A DNA stretch of 64,000 nucleotides. It comes from Candidatus Omnitrophota bacterium (GTDB lineage Bacteria; Omnitrophota; Gorgyraeia; Gygaellales; Profunditerraquicolaceae). Location of the stretch: the NCBI GenBank assembly GCA_016867115.1, contig VGKG01000004.1:6536-70535 (forward strand), read 5' to 3'. The notes beneath the pieces were generated by a model. That model did no database searches and was not told the origin of the DNA. It saw only the letters and a list, made by a program, of their open reading frames with translations. Made by a program: the position numbers and the translations under genes. Positions 36,705 through 46,851 of this stretch are shown here, one piece after another; position 1 is the stretch's first letter; every line of letters begins with the position of its first letter.

Positions 36705-37673
36705 TTAGAGAGGAGTTGCCGTCACTGCCAGAAATATATCCCGGCAGCGGGAATCTAACATGACTTTTTTAGGCCTTGCCATAGCAAAGTAAAATATTGA
36801 AATCACCGGCAGCCATAGATATACCCATAAAACCTTGGCGATAAACTTTAAGCGCAAATACTTAAGCAATCTGTTCATCCGGATCATCAACTTCAAAAAC
36901 GGCCTTGTCTGGGTATCGTATATCCTCCAGAGCAAGGGTGAAACCTGCGAATATGCTTCCTCTATCCTGAAGCCTCCCTTCTTGAGTAACGCCTCCCACT
37001 CCCTGGCGCTCTTTGAGAAGATGCCGCCTATCTCATCGTGTCTCCCGCCGTCAAGAGCAAGGAAATAATCTGACAAGGCTTTAAATCCTACCTTATTAAA
37101 GAACCTGTGCAACTTATAGCATACAAAGTTCTCTCTTACCCCGCTGTTTACTACCAGCATCAATAATCTTCCGTCAGACTTTATTACTCTTCTTATCTCC
37201 TGAAGCGTACGCTCATAATCAGTAAGGCCGTGAAACGTATAGAGAAAAATCGTGCCAAAATGATTATCCTTTGCCGGCAATGCTTCAGGCAGAGACGAAG
37301 TAAGATATTTACATATTCCTGTCTTGCGGGCCTTGAGTAAATGGCTTAATTTAAGGTCAATACCAAGGTCATAACGTAATGTTGCATTCTTACATATCCC
37401 TAAGCTACGACCCTCTTTATAAATATCGTAGATATCGCCTTTTTTAGCTACATCCGCCTGGTCGTACCTGTCATCCAAGAATCTAAATGCGCCTGCGTGC
37501 ATAATAAAGGAAAAAACGCCGTCCCCCCCTCCAATCTCAAGCAGAGGCCCCCTGGTCCAGTCAAATTTTAAGAGCGCTGCGGCATTCGCCGTGTCATTAA
37601 CCGCATCAAAAGGTTTAAGCCAGTACATCTGCAAATATCTCTTTAAAAGCCGGATAGTTTCGCAAGAGCCCAT
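36705..37673 (-). CDS. SAM-dependent methyltransferase
   Basis: LEIGGGDG, GIDL, EIRRVIKSDG. Confidence 0.75.
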   Translation of the reverse strand: MGSCETIRLLKRYLQMYWLKPFDAVNDTANAAALLKFDWTRGPLLEIGGGDGVFSFIMHAGAFRFLDDRYDQADVAKKGDIYDIYKEGRSLGICKNATLRYDLGIDLKLSHLLKARKTGICKYLTSSLPEALPAKDNHFGTIFLYTFHGLTDYERTLQEIRRVIKSDGRLLMLVVNSGVRENFVCYKLHRFFNKVGFKALSDYFLALDGGRHDEIGGIFSKSAREWEALLKKGGFRIEEAYSQVSPLLWRIYDTQTRPFLKLMIRMNRLLKYLRLKFIAKVLWVYLWLPVISIFYFAMARPKKVMLDSRCRDIFLAVTATPL

Positions 37674-38728
37674 CAGCTGTTTTCCGAATATTTAAATGAA
37701 TCTTTTACTGCCTTGATGATTTCTGAAACCTGCTTATCTTTTAATGCCGGGTAGAGGGGAATGGATACTGCTTTGGCCCATACAATATCGCTTCCGGGAA
37801 AATTGCCCTTTGAGCGAATATAACGATGGAGCGGCTTATAAACCGGCCTGTCGCAGAGTATCCCGCGCTTCTGCATAGACCTGATTAAATCTTTTGACCT
37901 TGAAGTGCAGATCACAAACCGATAAAAACTTGGGGTAGTCCCGGGCAATACTTTCTGAAAATTAACCGGCAGACGCATAAATGCCTTTTCATATCTTGCG
38001 GCGATCAAAGACCTGCGGCTGACAAAAGACTCTATCTTCCTTAGCTGGCTTAAAGCAAATCCGGCGGTTAAGTCGCTCATCTTATAGTTAAAGCGCACTT
38101 TGTAATCATCCCGCATATCAGGGTCATTTAAATCCCGGATGCGCTCTGCAAGATCGAAGTCATTCGTACAGAGCATCCCGCCTTCGCCAGAACAGAGCAT
38201 CTTGGTGGCATACATAGAAAATACCGCTATTCTCCCTCTTGAGCCGGTGGGCCTGCCCTTGTAAAGCGAACCTATTGCATGAGCGCAATCCTCTATTACC
38301 GGGATGCCCGGCTTTATAATCCGCTCTAAGTCTGCCGGGAATCCAAAGGTATGGGTGACAATAATTGCCTTTGTTTTCTTTGCTAACTTTGGCTTGATTG
38401 TTTCAGGGGTCAGATTGAAAGTTTCAGGATCAATATCTGCCAATACGGGGATAGCCCCGGAATAATTAACGGCATTTAAAAGCGCGCTGCATGCGTAAGA
38501 AGGGATAATCACCTCATCAGTCTCTTTAATTCCTAAAGCAAGCAGGGCAAGATGCAATGCTGCGGTGCCGCTTGAGGTAGCGAGAGAATAGCGCAGACGG
38601 AATCTTCGCGTCATCTCATTCTGCAAAGATTCCACAAACTCTCCCCTGGCCACCTGTCCGGTTTTTATAATCTCCCTGACATAACCAAAATCCTCTTTTG
38701 CTATTAACGGCATTGCTTGCTTAATCAT
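37673..38728 (-). CDS. DegT/DnrJ/EryC1/StrS aminotransferase
   Basis: SSGTAALHLAL, IEDCAHAIG, SMYATKMLCSGEGG, SIPLYP. Confidence 0.94.
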   Translation of the reverse strand: MIKQAMPLIAKEDFGYVREIIKTGQVARGEFVESLQNEMTRRFRLRYSLATSSGTAALHLALLALGIKETDEVIIPSYACSALLNAVNYSGAIPVLADIDPETFNLTPETIKPKLAKKTKAIIVTHTFGFPADLERIIKPGIPVIEDCAHAIGSLYKGRPTGSRGRIAVFSMYATKMLCSGEGGMLCTNDFDLAERIRDLNDPDMRDDYKVRFNYKMSDLTAGFALSQLRKIESFVSRRSLIAARYEKAFMRLPVNFQKVLPGTTPSFYRFVICTSRSKDLIRSMQKRGILCDRPVYKPLHRYIRSKGNFPGSDIVWAKAVSIPLYPALKDKQVSEIIKAVKDSFKYSENS

Positions 38729-39743
38729 TCTTTGATAAACCCTTTATGATGCACAGAATCCTCTCTGCGCCACGCCCGTCCACCAGTTCTTTACCTTTAA
38801 TGGCGTGACTTTTCCTGACTGCGGGGTCATCGAATTTATCAAGTCCCGCCAGGATCCTCTCTTTTTTAACGTTTGCTCCCTTTCCCAGGCAGGCTCCGAA
38901 ACCGCGCCTCTGAAAAGCCAGGCCGCTTTCTCTCTCGTGCTCATCTTCATAAAGCACTACCGCAGGCACGCCAAGGCAGGCAAGTTCATACAAGGTATTA
39001 CCTCCGGCAGTAAAAACCACGTCCGATTTAAGGAATAACGGCACCACATTTTTAACATTACGGTATATCTTGAAATTAAGCCTTCCCAGCACCTTCTCCA
39101 CCCTCTTGAGCTGAGAGAAGAACGGAAAGGCTGCGCCAAGGATTATATTTTTCCTTACTTCCTTGCGCCATCCGGAAAGCGCATCGATGATATTCAAGGT
39201 AGCTCCGCTCCTGTCCGCTCCTCCCATGCTTACGCTGACTTCCCTGATAACGCCTTTAAAGGCCCTGCGCCTGTCGTTTGCTTCAGCAAACTTAGGCGAG
39301 ATTGCAAGATAATCAGCTCCGGCATAAAGCCTGGCCTTTCTGCCGGATGCAGGATAACGGCGATATTTACTTACGATTAGCGGATTGACTATCGCGTCAC
39401 AATCCAGGGTGCGCCCTCCAAGCTCGTCAATGCATAGCGTCTTAAGGCCAGTGCCGGGAAGATCCCGTAAGGCGCTATTGTTTATCCTTCTGAGATTAAA
39501 TACCGCAACGTCGAATTTCTTAGCCTTCAAGACATTTACCACGCCGTGCACATCAGAAAAGGTGCCGTATGAAAACGGTATTTTATCCAGGATAGGCCCA
39601 GGCGAGCTGCGGTTTACCCAAAGCTCAACGTCCATGCCGCTCTTTCTGGCTGATTTTACCACGTTCAGACTCTCCATCAGGTGCCCGGTGCCTATTTTTC
39701 TAGATGCCTCGGTAAACACCGCTAAAGATGGCCTGTCTTTCAT
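38721..39743 (-). CDS. PseG/SpsG-like nucleotide-sugar hydrolase (GT-B fold)
   Basis: IGTGHLMES, SMGGAD, AGGNTLYELACLGVP, DGRGAERI. Confidence 0.85.
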   Translation of the reverse strand: MKDRPSLAVFTEASRKIGTGHLMESLNVVKSARKSGMDVELWVNRSSPGPILDKIPFSYGTFSDVHGVVNVLKAKKFDVAVFNLRRINNSALRDLPGTGLKTLCIDELGGRTLDCDAIVNPLIVSKYRRYPASGRKARLYAGADYLAISPKFAEANDRRRAFKGVIREVSVSMGGADRSGATLNIIDALSGWRKEVRKNIILGAAFPFFSQLKRVEKVLGRLNFKIYRNVKNVVPLFLKSDVVFTAGGNTLYELACLGVPAVVLYEDEHERESGLAFQRRGFGACLGKGANVKKERILAGLDKFDDPAVRKSHAIKGKELVDGRGAERILCIIKGLSKND

Positions 39744-39749
39744 TGTAAG

Positions 39750-40628
39750 TTATCCTACGCGCTGAAATCTTCCTATTAAGAAGTTCCTAAGGATCTTTTC
39801 TCCTTTAGAGCGCTCCCATTTTCTGGCTCCCAGCATACTCTCGACTTCGCGTATCTCTCTAACCATCTCCTTCAATTCCAAAGGTTCAAGAGATAAAACA
39901 TGGTCAGTACCAAGATATTTCCCGCCACTCTTAAAGTTCCTTACCGGAGTCTCCCTGTCCAACGTGATATGTTTCTCGATGACCTTAGCGCCCATAGCCA
40001 CGGCAGCTACCGGAGCAAGCATCCCGCCGGTATGGTCAGAATAGCCTACTGGCTTGCCAGGGAAAGCATCCATCAGGATCATCATCATATTTAACCTTAC
40101 ATCTCGGGGAGATAATGCCGCCAGCCCCCTCTTCTTTAATAGCGGTCCGGTAGGATATTCGGAAATGCAGTGCATGATATAAAGCTCCCGGATATTATTA
40201 AGGAGCTTTACCGCCCGCTTAACCTCGGAGAGTGAAGCCATCCCGGTTGAGATAAATATACGTTTAAAGTTTTTATTCAAGAACCTTACCAGGTTGAGAT
40301 CGTGTATCAGGGTACTTGCGATCTTGGCTTCCCGGATACCCTGGTCAAGGAGCCATTGCGCGGTCTTTACGTTCTCCGGGGTAAAAAGTATCTTTATCCC
40401 GCATCTCTTTGCGTAAGCGACCAATCCTTTAATGTCTTCGGGGTCAAGTGATACTTTTTTAAACCATTCTTTCTCCGGGTCGCTCTCCGAGATCGCCTCG
40501 CGGTCAAGGGTCTGAAATTTTACGTAGTCGCATCCGGCTTGCGATGCGGCAGTGATGAGCTTTCTTGCCGCCCTTAAATCTCCGTTAAAACATTCGCCTA
40601 CTTCCGCGATAATGATCGTCTTATTCAT
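39750..40628 (-). CDS. NeuB-family ulosonate synthase (short, divergent)
   Basis: IIAEVG..NGD, VKFQT, KIAS, ISTGMAS, HCISEYP, GYSDHT, IEKHITLD, DHVLSLEP; no SAF/antifreeze tail. Confidence 0.88.
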   Translation of the reverse strand: MNKTIIIAEVGECFNGDLRAARKLITAASQAGCDYVKFQTLDREAISESDPEKEWFKKVSLDPEDIKGLVAYAKRCGIKILFTPENVKTAQWLLDQGIREAKIASTLIHDLNLVRFLNKNFKRIFISTGMASLSEVKRAVKLLNNIRELYIMHCISEYPTGPLLKKRGLAALSPRDVRLNMMMILMDAFPGKPVGYSDHTGGMLAPVAAVAMGAKVIEKHITLDRETPVRNFKSGGKYLGTDHVLSLEPLELKEMVREIREVESMLGARKWERSKGEKILRNFLIGRFQRVG

Positions 40629-40632
40629 AGCC

Positions 40633-41340
40633 TTAGAGAAACAACTCAGCCATCACTTCTACGCCTTCGCCATTGATGATCTTCATGCTTTGCGGGCCAT
40701 GGTTAAAAATCAGGTCTGCTACCGACATGCAGGGCAAAAAGGGGGCGTGGAGTTGGCTGTAGATAGGATGATGAAATTCCTGGAAGGAAACATTTATGCC
40801 GGCATTCTTAAATGCGTCCAGGTCCAGATACTCCCTGCCGGATATGCCGGAGAAATAGCTATCCGCTTTTATTTTCTTACATATATCCAGAATCAACTCG
40901 CCTGACTTGCCTTCTGCTCCGAGTTCAGAAGCAAAAACCATTCTGGCGTTTATTCCGAGGACCTTGAATGCGAATCTCAGCAGAGAAACGTTTAAAGCGC
41001 ATAAATTTACGGCTGATGTATCCAGTGCTTCGCGCAGTTCATTTTCATAGCGGTCAAAGAATTTGCCGCGCTTATAACTCAGATAAACCGCATTCCACCA
41101 CTTTTCCTTCCAGCGCGGCTCATCGCTTATCGCTACGTCCCTGATCAGTGTATCCAGCGAACGGATAACCGGGACAGTAATCCACTGCCAGCCGTCCTGC
41201 GTCCTGATCTTATTGCGGTTCTGAAAGTAGTTCTTCCTGAACTGCACGTTATCCAGGATAACGATGCAATCAGCCTGGGATGCCTTGTGAAAGAATCCAA
41301 GCCACGGAAGATGCTCGGGCTGGTGTATGGTCACTATCAT
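40633..41340 (-). CDS. WbqC family protein
   Basis: IHQPEHLPWLGFFHK, DNVQF, QNRNKI, WITVPV, SVADLIFNHG. Confidence 0.92.
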   Translation of the reverse strand: MIVTIHQPEHLPWLGFFHKASQADCIVILDNVQFRKNYFQNRNKIRTQDGWQWITVPVIRSLDTLIRDVAISDEPRWKEKWWNAVYLSYKRGKFFDRYENELREALDTSAVNLCALNVSLLRFAFKVLGINARMVFASELGAEGKSGELILDICKKIKADSYFSGISGREYLDLDAFKNAGINVSFQEFHHPIYSQLHAPFLPCMSVADLIFNHGPQSMKIINGEGVEVMAELFL

Positions 41341-41342
41341 GT

Positions 41343-42404
41343 CTATCTGCCTATCTCCTCGCTCCTGCCCGTATATTTCTCGACAACGATCCTCTTACCG
41401 CCGAAATGCTCTACCACAGGCTCCGCTTTCCGGGGCAAGAAACAATGCTTACAGGCGGAAAGAACTTCTACCCCTTCATGCTGCGCATGCGCCTGGCGCA
41501 CGCGTCTCATCTTGGAGCCATTCCAGATGTCATAGATAGAGCTTTCCAACACATCCCCTACGATAAACGTATTGAATTCGTCATTGTGGCAATAAGGCAC
41601 CTGGCCGTTAAAAAGCACGGTAAGCCGCTGGTACGGAGTAGGACAGTCAAAATTATCCCAGTATTCGATTGCTTCAGGGTTATCGTTATGCAGATAATCT
41701 ATGAGCGGGTTTGAAGAGATGGCATCAACAAAAGGCGAAAATAGATCGATGTATTCCCGCGCGTAATCCTTGATTGCAGGCCAGACACTCTGGATCTTGA
41801 TAACCGGTTTATCAGATCTGGCCTTCTCTTTTATGGACTTATAGGCCGTGACCTTAGCCAGTGACTCTTCGAATTTAGCGGGTTTACGGATCTCCTCGTA
41901 GGTCTTTCCCAGGCCATCAAAAGAGATAGTCAGCCAATCCAGGCCTGCCTTCATTGCTTTTTCGAAGAGCTCAGGAGTAAGCGCCAGAATATTGCTTAGT
42001 GAAGCGACCTCCTTGATCCCTTTTTGTTTGGCATAAGCGATAAAATCAACGGCCTGCGGGTGCACAAACGGCTCTCCGCGGTGGCTAATGCGTATCGAAT
42101 ATGCCTTGTAGCGGCTGGCTTCATCCACCGCCTTTTTGAACAGGGAAAACTCCATCAAGCCTTTATCTATCTTTGCTTTGAAGTCGTCGGTAGTGGTAAA
42201 ACACATCGGGCAACGCATATTGCAGACTGCGGAGGTCTCAATATCAAGATGAACCGGAAAACGGGAGACGAAATGCAGGCGTGGATAAGTATGCCAGTGC
42301 AGGCGGTTCAGTAAATACGCCCACATATGGCCCCTACCGCGGTTAAGAAAGAACCTAAAATCTTTGGCGCGGGAAATACAAACCTGATCCCTGTTAATCC
42401 TCAT
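41343..42404 (-). CDS. Radical SAM protein with SPASM/twitch domain (likely start 42404)
   Basis: CNMRCPMC, RGEPF, ISFDG; C-terminal CPTP...YC...IWN...CKHC. Confidence 0.9.
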   Translation of the reverse strand: MRINRDQVCISRAKDFRFFLNRGRGHMWAYLLNRLHWHTYPRLHFVSRFPVHLDIETSAVCNMRCPMCFTTTDDFKAKIDKGLMEFSLFKKAVDEASRYKAYSIRISHRGEPFVHPQAVDFIAYAKQKGIKEVASLSNILALTPELFEKAMKAGLDWLTISFDGLGKTYEEIRKPAKFEESLAKVTAYKSIKEKARSDKPVIKIQSVWPAIKDYAREYIDLFSPFVDAISSNPLIDYLHNDNPEAIEYWDNFDCPTPYQRLTVLFNGQVPYCHNDEFNTFIVGDVLESSIYDIWNGSKMRRVRQAHAQHEGVEVLSACKHCFLPRKAEPVVEHFGGKRIVVEKYTGRSEEIGR

Positions 42405-43017
42405 ACGACTTTTCCTGCAATATCTTCTCAGCCAGCCAGAAATCAAAAGCATCATCAATTTCGGTATTTTCAGCCCGGCTGATCGATTTCCGACAGATCT
42501 TTTTTCCGTAACGGTCACCCTTACTGACCAGGTCAGCCCTCATCACATAGACATTGCCGTCATCGTAGAAAAAACCCTTGATATCCTGCCTTCTTAAGTC
42601 ATTCCTGGCGTACTCCGCGCATTTGCAGATAAAGCCGGTAGCCAGGGAATCATACCCACCTTCAGCAAACTCCTTTATGCAGGCATCGATTAATCCTGGC
42701 TTTCTGACGGGCGAAGTCGGCTGAAGAAGAACCAGAGTATCGCAAGGAAAAGCTTCTAAGGCGTGCTTTAAGACGTCCAGAGTATCTGCCTCATCCGTGG
42801 AAAGCTCTGCGGGTCGGTGTAAAACTAGAGCCCCAAGGCCTTTAGCGACCCTGGCGATCTCATCATCCTCGGTAGAAACGATACAGCGGTCGATCAATTT
42901 TGATCCCTTCGCCGCCTCAATGGTCCAGGCGATAAGGGGCTTTCCCGCGATAGGTTTTATATTCTTGCGCGGTATACCTTTGCTGCCTCCGCGCGCAGGA
43001 ATAACTGCCAGAATCAT
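42394..43017 (-). CDS. neuA: CMP-N-acylneuraminate synthetase-like cytidylyltransferase (NeuA/PseF); likely start 43017
   Basis: IPARGGSKGIPRKN, VSTEDDEI, LLQPTSP, EIDDAFDF. Confidence 0.9.
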   Translation of the reverse strand: MILAVIPARGGSKGIPRKNIKPIAGKPLIAWTIEAAKGSKLIDRCIVSTEDDEIARVAKGLGALVLHRPAELSTDEADTLDVLKHALEAFPCDTLVLLQPTSPVRKPGLIDACIKEFAEGGYDSLATGFICKCAEYARNDLRRQDIKGFFYDDGNVYVMRADLVSKGDRYGKKICRKSISRAENTEIDDAFDFWLAEKILQEKSYED

Positions 43018-43691
43018 TTCTCCCACTTTCTCCTTATACACATAAAAGCCTCGGCATAATCATAGCCGATCTCCGTCCCTCTTTTCTGTGCCAAAACCCT
43101 GATGGCCTTTTCCGACCTGGGATGCGGATACTTCCTTCTCTCGGTTTCATAGCACATCATCGCCTTAAGTTTCTTGTCGATAAAGCGCCCGATATCGATG
43201 TAATAATTCGGCAGGAATGAAAGTCCGGAAAGCTGCGGGGACTGCTCGGTAGAAGAAGGGACCTCGTACATATTCAATTCTTTAATAAACGCTGTTGCAG
43301 CAGGCCTTAAGACCACTCTTGCCGCGTCAAAAACGGCGCGGTGATCCTGGTTATTGTCCTGCCTGAAAGGAAGGTAAATAATTTGCGGCTTTATCGCCTT
43401 CACGTGTCTCTCAAGGGGGATGATTATATCCTGAAGACATTTATCTAACCTCTCATCGTCCAGCCCTAAGAAAACCACGTCATCATAACCCAGCACCTTC
43501 TTTGCCTTTAAGGCATGGCTCTTCTCGATCTCGGACTTCTTATCGTTAAACTGGTGGTTGTAGATGCGATGCGCCACAAAGATTACGCTGACCTTATCTG
43601 CGCAGGCCTTATGTTTAAGGATCGCCCCTGCGCAGCCAAGCGCCTCGTCATCCATGTGCGCGGCAATTATCAGGATCTTTCGCTTACTCAT
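43014..43691 (-). CDS. PIG-L/LmbE family deacetylase
   Basis: AAHMDDEALG, NQDH, YEVPSSTE, YPHPRS, AEAF. Confidence 0.9.
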   Translation of the reverse strand: MSKRKILIIAAHMDDEALGCAGAILKHKACADKVSVIFVAHRIYNHQFNDKKSEIEKSHALKAKKVLGYDDVVFLGLDDERLDKCLQDIIIPLERHVKAIKPQIIYLPFRQDNNQDHRAVFDAARVVLRPAATAFIKELNMYEVPSSTEQSPQLSGLSFLPNYYIDIGRFIDKKLKAMMCYETERRKYPHPRSEKAIRVLAQKRGTEIGYDYAEAFMCIRRKWEK

Positions 43692-43699
43692 CTTACTCT

Positions 43700-44644
43700 T
43701 TATTTTTTCAGGACTTCGTCAGTCTTATCCCAGTCAGCCTTGCGCTTCTCTTCGCGCTCCTTGTACCACTTGATGTACCTGCGTACACCCTCCTCAAAAC
43801 TTATCTTCGGTTCCCAGCCTAACTCCTTCTTCGCCAAGTCGCTTGAGACCTCTTTACCCGAGAAATCGCCGGGCCTGGCAGGGGTAAACTCGATTTTCAC
43901 GTCGCCGAGTATCTTTTTGACTGTCTCGGCGATCTGCTTAATGGTTACTTTTTCTTTCCCGTCAAGGTTGTATATCTTGTTCTTCCCGATTTCTTTCAGT
44001 GCCAGGACATTGCCTTCGGCCAAATCCTCGACATAGATGAACTTCCGAAACTGCATTCCGTCCCCTGCGATGGTAAGCGGCTCGCCATTTGTGGCCTTTC
44101 TTACGAAAATGGGGATGACTGCGCCGTCCCTGGCTCTGGGACCGTAGGGTATCCCGTACCTTAAGATAGTGACATCCATCCCGTAGAGCTTGCTGTAGGA
44201 CTGGCAGTAATATTCCCCGGTTAACTTAGTAGCGGTATAAAGATGCGTCGGGGCATGCAGGGGCGTGGTTTCATCCACCTGATTCTGCGTCGCTTCACTG
44301 TAAACCCAGGTGGTACTTCCGTAGATTATTCTCTTGACGCCCGCATTCCTTGCCGCCTCCAGGACATTGATAGTACCGCGCACATTAATCGACTCTGAGC
44401 GGTAAGGATCGTTATAGACGTCCTTAACGTCGGCTACCGCGGCTAGATGAAAAACAGCGTCTATACCGTGCATGGCAAAACCTAAGGAAGTGATATCCAG
44501 TATGCTTCCCTGATAGTATTCGATATCCTTCCTGTAGGTAGGCATTATCCCGTCGTAAACCCTGACTTCGATCCCTTTATCCCTCAGTTTGTCTACTACG
44601 TGTGAACCGATAAAACCCGAACCTCCCGTAACCAATGCTTTCAT
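43700..44644 (-). CDS. NAD-dependent epimerase/dehydratase
   Basis: VTGGSGFIG, HLAA, YTATK, YGIPYGP, RPGD. Confidence 0.92.
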   Translation of the reverse strand: MKALVTGGSGFIGSHVVDKLRDKGIEVRVYDGIMPTYRKDIEYYQGSILDITSLGFAMHGIDAVFHLAAVADVKDVYNDPYRSESINVRGTINVLEAARNAGVKRIIYGSTTWVYSEATQNQVDETTPLHAPTHLYTATKLTGEYYCQSYSKLYGMDVTILRYGIPYGPRARDGAVIPIFVRKATNGEPLTIAGDGMQFRKFIYVEDLAEGNVLALKEIGKNKIYNLDGKEKVTIKQIAETVKKILGDVKIEFTPARPGDFSGKEVSSDLAKKELGWEPKISFEEGVRRYIKWYKEREEKRKADWDKTDEVLKK

Positions 44645-44645
44645 A

Positions 44646-45620
44646 CTAAATCTCCTCTCCTTTATAATATATCGGCACGCACCAGTGATTACTAGCTACC
44701 CAATCCGTGTTAGGCAATGAGTAGTTCTTCCCCATTATCTTATGACATGGCTGGTCATACACCTTGCCTGTCGATTTCTCAATCGGATCAAATACGATAT
44801 ACTTATAATATCCCGAGATCATCCCTTCAGGAAACTTCAGTCTATTGGGAAACCTGGGATCGAGATACTTTCTGGCATATTCGTTCTTCCATACGACAAT
44901 ATCATCGATCCTTGCCGTCTGCACACAACCGATAGCAGCAGTAAATTCATTCATACGGTAATTCAGGCCTTCGACTTTATATTCAAACTTACCGTAATTC
45001 CTGTATTTCCTGGAAAACTCAGCCAATCCTTTGTCATTAGTTACCAGCATTCCTCCTTCGCCGGTAGAGACGGTCTTGGTGGCATAGAAGGAATAAACCC
45101 CGGCATCTCCCCAGACCCCGGCCTTCTTATCGCCCCAGCTTGCACCATGCGCATGCGCGCAGTCTTCAAGGAGCCTGACGCCATTTTCTTTGCATAATTT
45201 CGCGATCTCATTCACTCTGAAGGCAATATGGCCGCCTATATGCACCAACCACACCGCAACCGGTTTATATTCCCTGATCTTCTCTTTAAGATCAGATAGA
45301 TCCATGCATAGATCGTCTTTTGCGCAGTCTACAAATTCCACCCTACCTCCTGCTTTGACTACACTTAAGGGCGTAGCCATAAAGGTGTTTGAGGGGCAGA
45401 GAACCGTTTTACCCTTTACTCCGTAATATTCCAATGCCGCCAGTGCTGCACCTCCCCAGCTGGAGAAGGCAACGGAATCTGCACCGTTATAGCTAGCCCA
45501 CTTCTCCTCAAACATCTTGGTAAACTTGCCTTCTGACCACTGCTGACAGGCAATGATTTCATCCCAATACTGGTGCAAGACTTTTAAATCCTCTTTTTCA
45601 AAACCGATGGTGAACTTCAT
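44646..45620 (-). CDS. DegT/DnrJ aminotransferase (compact, 324 aa)
   Basis: NTFMATP, VHIGG, EDCAHAHG, SFYATK...GEGG. Confidence 0.9.
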   Translation of the reverse strand: MKFTIGFEKEDLKVLHQYWDEIIACQQWSEGKFTKMFEEKWASYNGADSVAFSSWGGAALAALEYYGVKGKTVLCPSNTFMATPLSVVKAGGRVEFVDCAKDDLCMDLSDLKEKIREYKPVAVWLVHIGGHIAFRVNEIAKLCKENGVRLLEDCAHAHGASWGDKKAGVWGDAGVYSFYATKTVSTGEGGMLVTNDKGLAEFSRKYRNYGKFEYKVEGLNYRMNEFTAAIGCVQTARIDDIVVWKNEYARKYLDPRFPNRLKFPEGMISGYYKYIVFDPIEKSTGKVYDQPCHKIMGKNYSLPNTDWVASNHWCVPIYYKGEEI

Positions 45621-45657
45621 AAATCCTCCTTCTAAAACGGGTTAACCTGTCCGATTC

Positions 45658-46491
45658 CTACGCGTTCTTTTTTTGACTCTCCCACCATTCCATAAGAAAA
45701 GTTGAAAAAACTCCAAGCATTAAAGCGAATATAGCTGCAATAACGATTTTTTCTTTTTTACTTATCCCTAAAGGATATGGCAAGCTAACGGCATGATCTT
45801 GTATTCCAAATTCTTTGGCCTCTGCAAGTATCATCTGTATATCTTTACGTTGGCTTTTTAGCAAAGAAAGACGATTTTCAAAAGCAGGGATAGCGTTCTG
45901 CAAAAGGTTTATTTTTAAGTTCATTCCTGCTTGATTCAAATTATTGCGCGATTGAGGAAATTCGCCAATTAAGCTCTTTGTTAATTTTATATTTGAATCG
46001 GTAGATTGAATTTCCTGCTCTAATTCTTTCAGGCGCTCGGTAATAAGCATTATCCTCTTTTCGTAAAGGGCCTGACCGTAAGAAATAAGTCTTACTGGAA
46101 GCGATTCATTTATTCTTTGTGCGTTATCCTGGCTATCAAAATGCACATTAATTCTTAGTAAATTTGAATTAGCGACATCTTCAATTACAATCTGGTTCTT
46201 TAAAGAAACTGGGTTGGCATTAAGGTTCAGTTCCTTAATTACTGCTTGCAAGTTATCCAGGCTTAAGAGTAGCTCTTTTGCTTCTTCTTTAGTGATAAGC
46301 GGCTCATCAATGCTCCCAAGCCGAATCAAAGAAACCGACTCATATGTTTTATGCGCCTTAAGGCTCATTATTGCTGCAGCTATAACCGTAGCAAAAAAAA
46401 CCGTCAGGAAGATCTTCTTTCTTTTCATAATGACATTTACGTAATCACCTAAATTTCTTTCATCAACAATCGGCCCTTTTTGGTTGTCCAT
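45658..46491 (-). CDS. wzz: Wzz-like chain-length determinant
   Basis: N-terminal NLGDYVNVIMKRKK plus TM, central coiled coil, C-terminal TM. Confidence 0.8.
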   Translation of the reverse strand: MDNQKGPIVDERNLGDYVNVIMKRKKIFLTVFFATVIAAAIMSLKAHKTYESVSLIRLGSIDEPLITKEEAKELLLSLDNLQAVIKELNLNANPVSLKNQIVIEDVANSNLLRINVHFDSQDNAQRINESLPVRLISYGQALYEKRIMLITERLKELEQEIQSTDSNIKLTKSLIGEFPQSRNNLNQAGMNLKINLLQNAIPAFENRLSLLKSQRKDIQMILAEAKEFGIQDHAVSLPYPLGISKKEKIVIAAIFALMLGVFSTFLMEWWESQKKNA

Positions 46492-46509
46492 TTATGTTCC
46501 CCCTTGAGA

Positions 46510-46851
46510 TTATAAGTCTCCTTTGGCTTTTTTTGCGGCCAGATAATCCCATTCCTGTTTCATCAGGTAATACTCTTCTTCTTTCTTTTTGAGGAAGATT
46601 TGCATCAGCTGCATTTTATGCTCAAATCCTTCCTTGGTGAGATGATAGTGTATCTTGCTCATCTTGCCGGGTTTGGTAGTAAAATTTTTAATCTCGACAA
46701 AGCCTTTTTCGATGAGGTTCTTTATGAGGTAATTGGTTTTACCTAAAGAAATGCCGATCCGGTCAGAGAGCTGCCGCTGGGTAAGGCTCGGCTCTGCCTC
46801 GATATGACGGATAATATGCAGGGTTTCTTCTTTTGGGGGTTGTTCAAGCAT
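46510..46851 (-). CDS. EPS-associated MarR-family transcriptional regulator
   Basis: TQRQLSDRIGISLGKTNYLIKNLIEKG...Y.LTKEG...FLKKKEEEY; first gene of the polysaccharide locus. Confidence 0.9.
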   Translation of the reverse strand: MLEQPPKEETLHIIRHIEAEPSLTQRQLSDRIGISLGKTNYLIKNLIEKGFVEIKNFTTKPGKMSKIHYHLTKEGFEHKMQLMQIFLKKKEEEYYLMKQEWDYLAAKKAKGDL

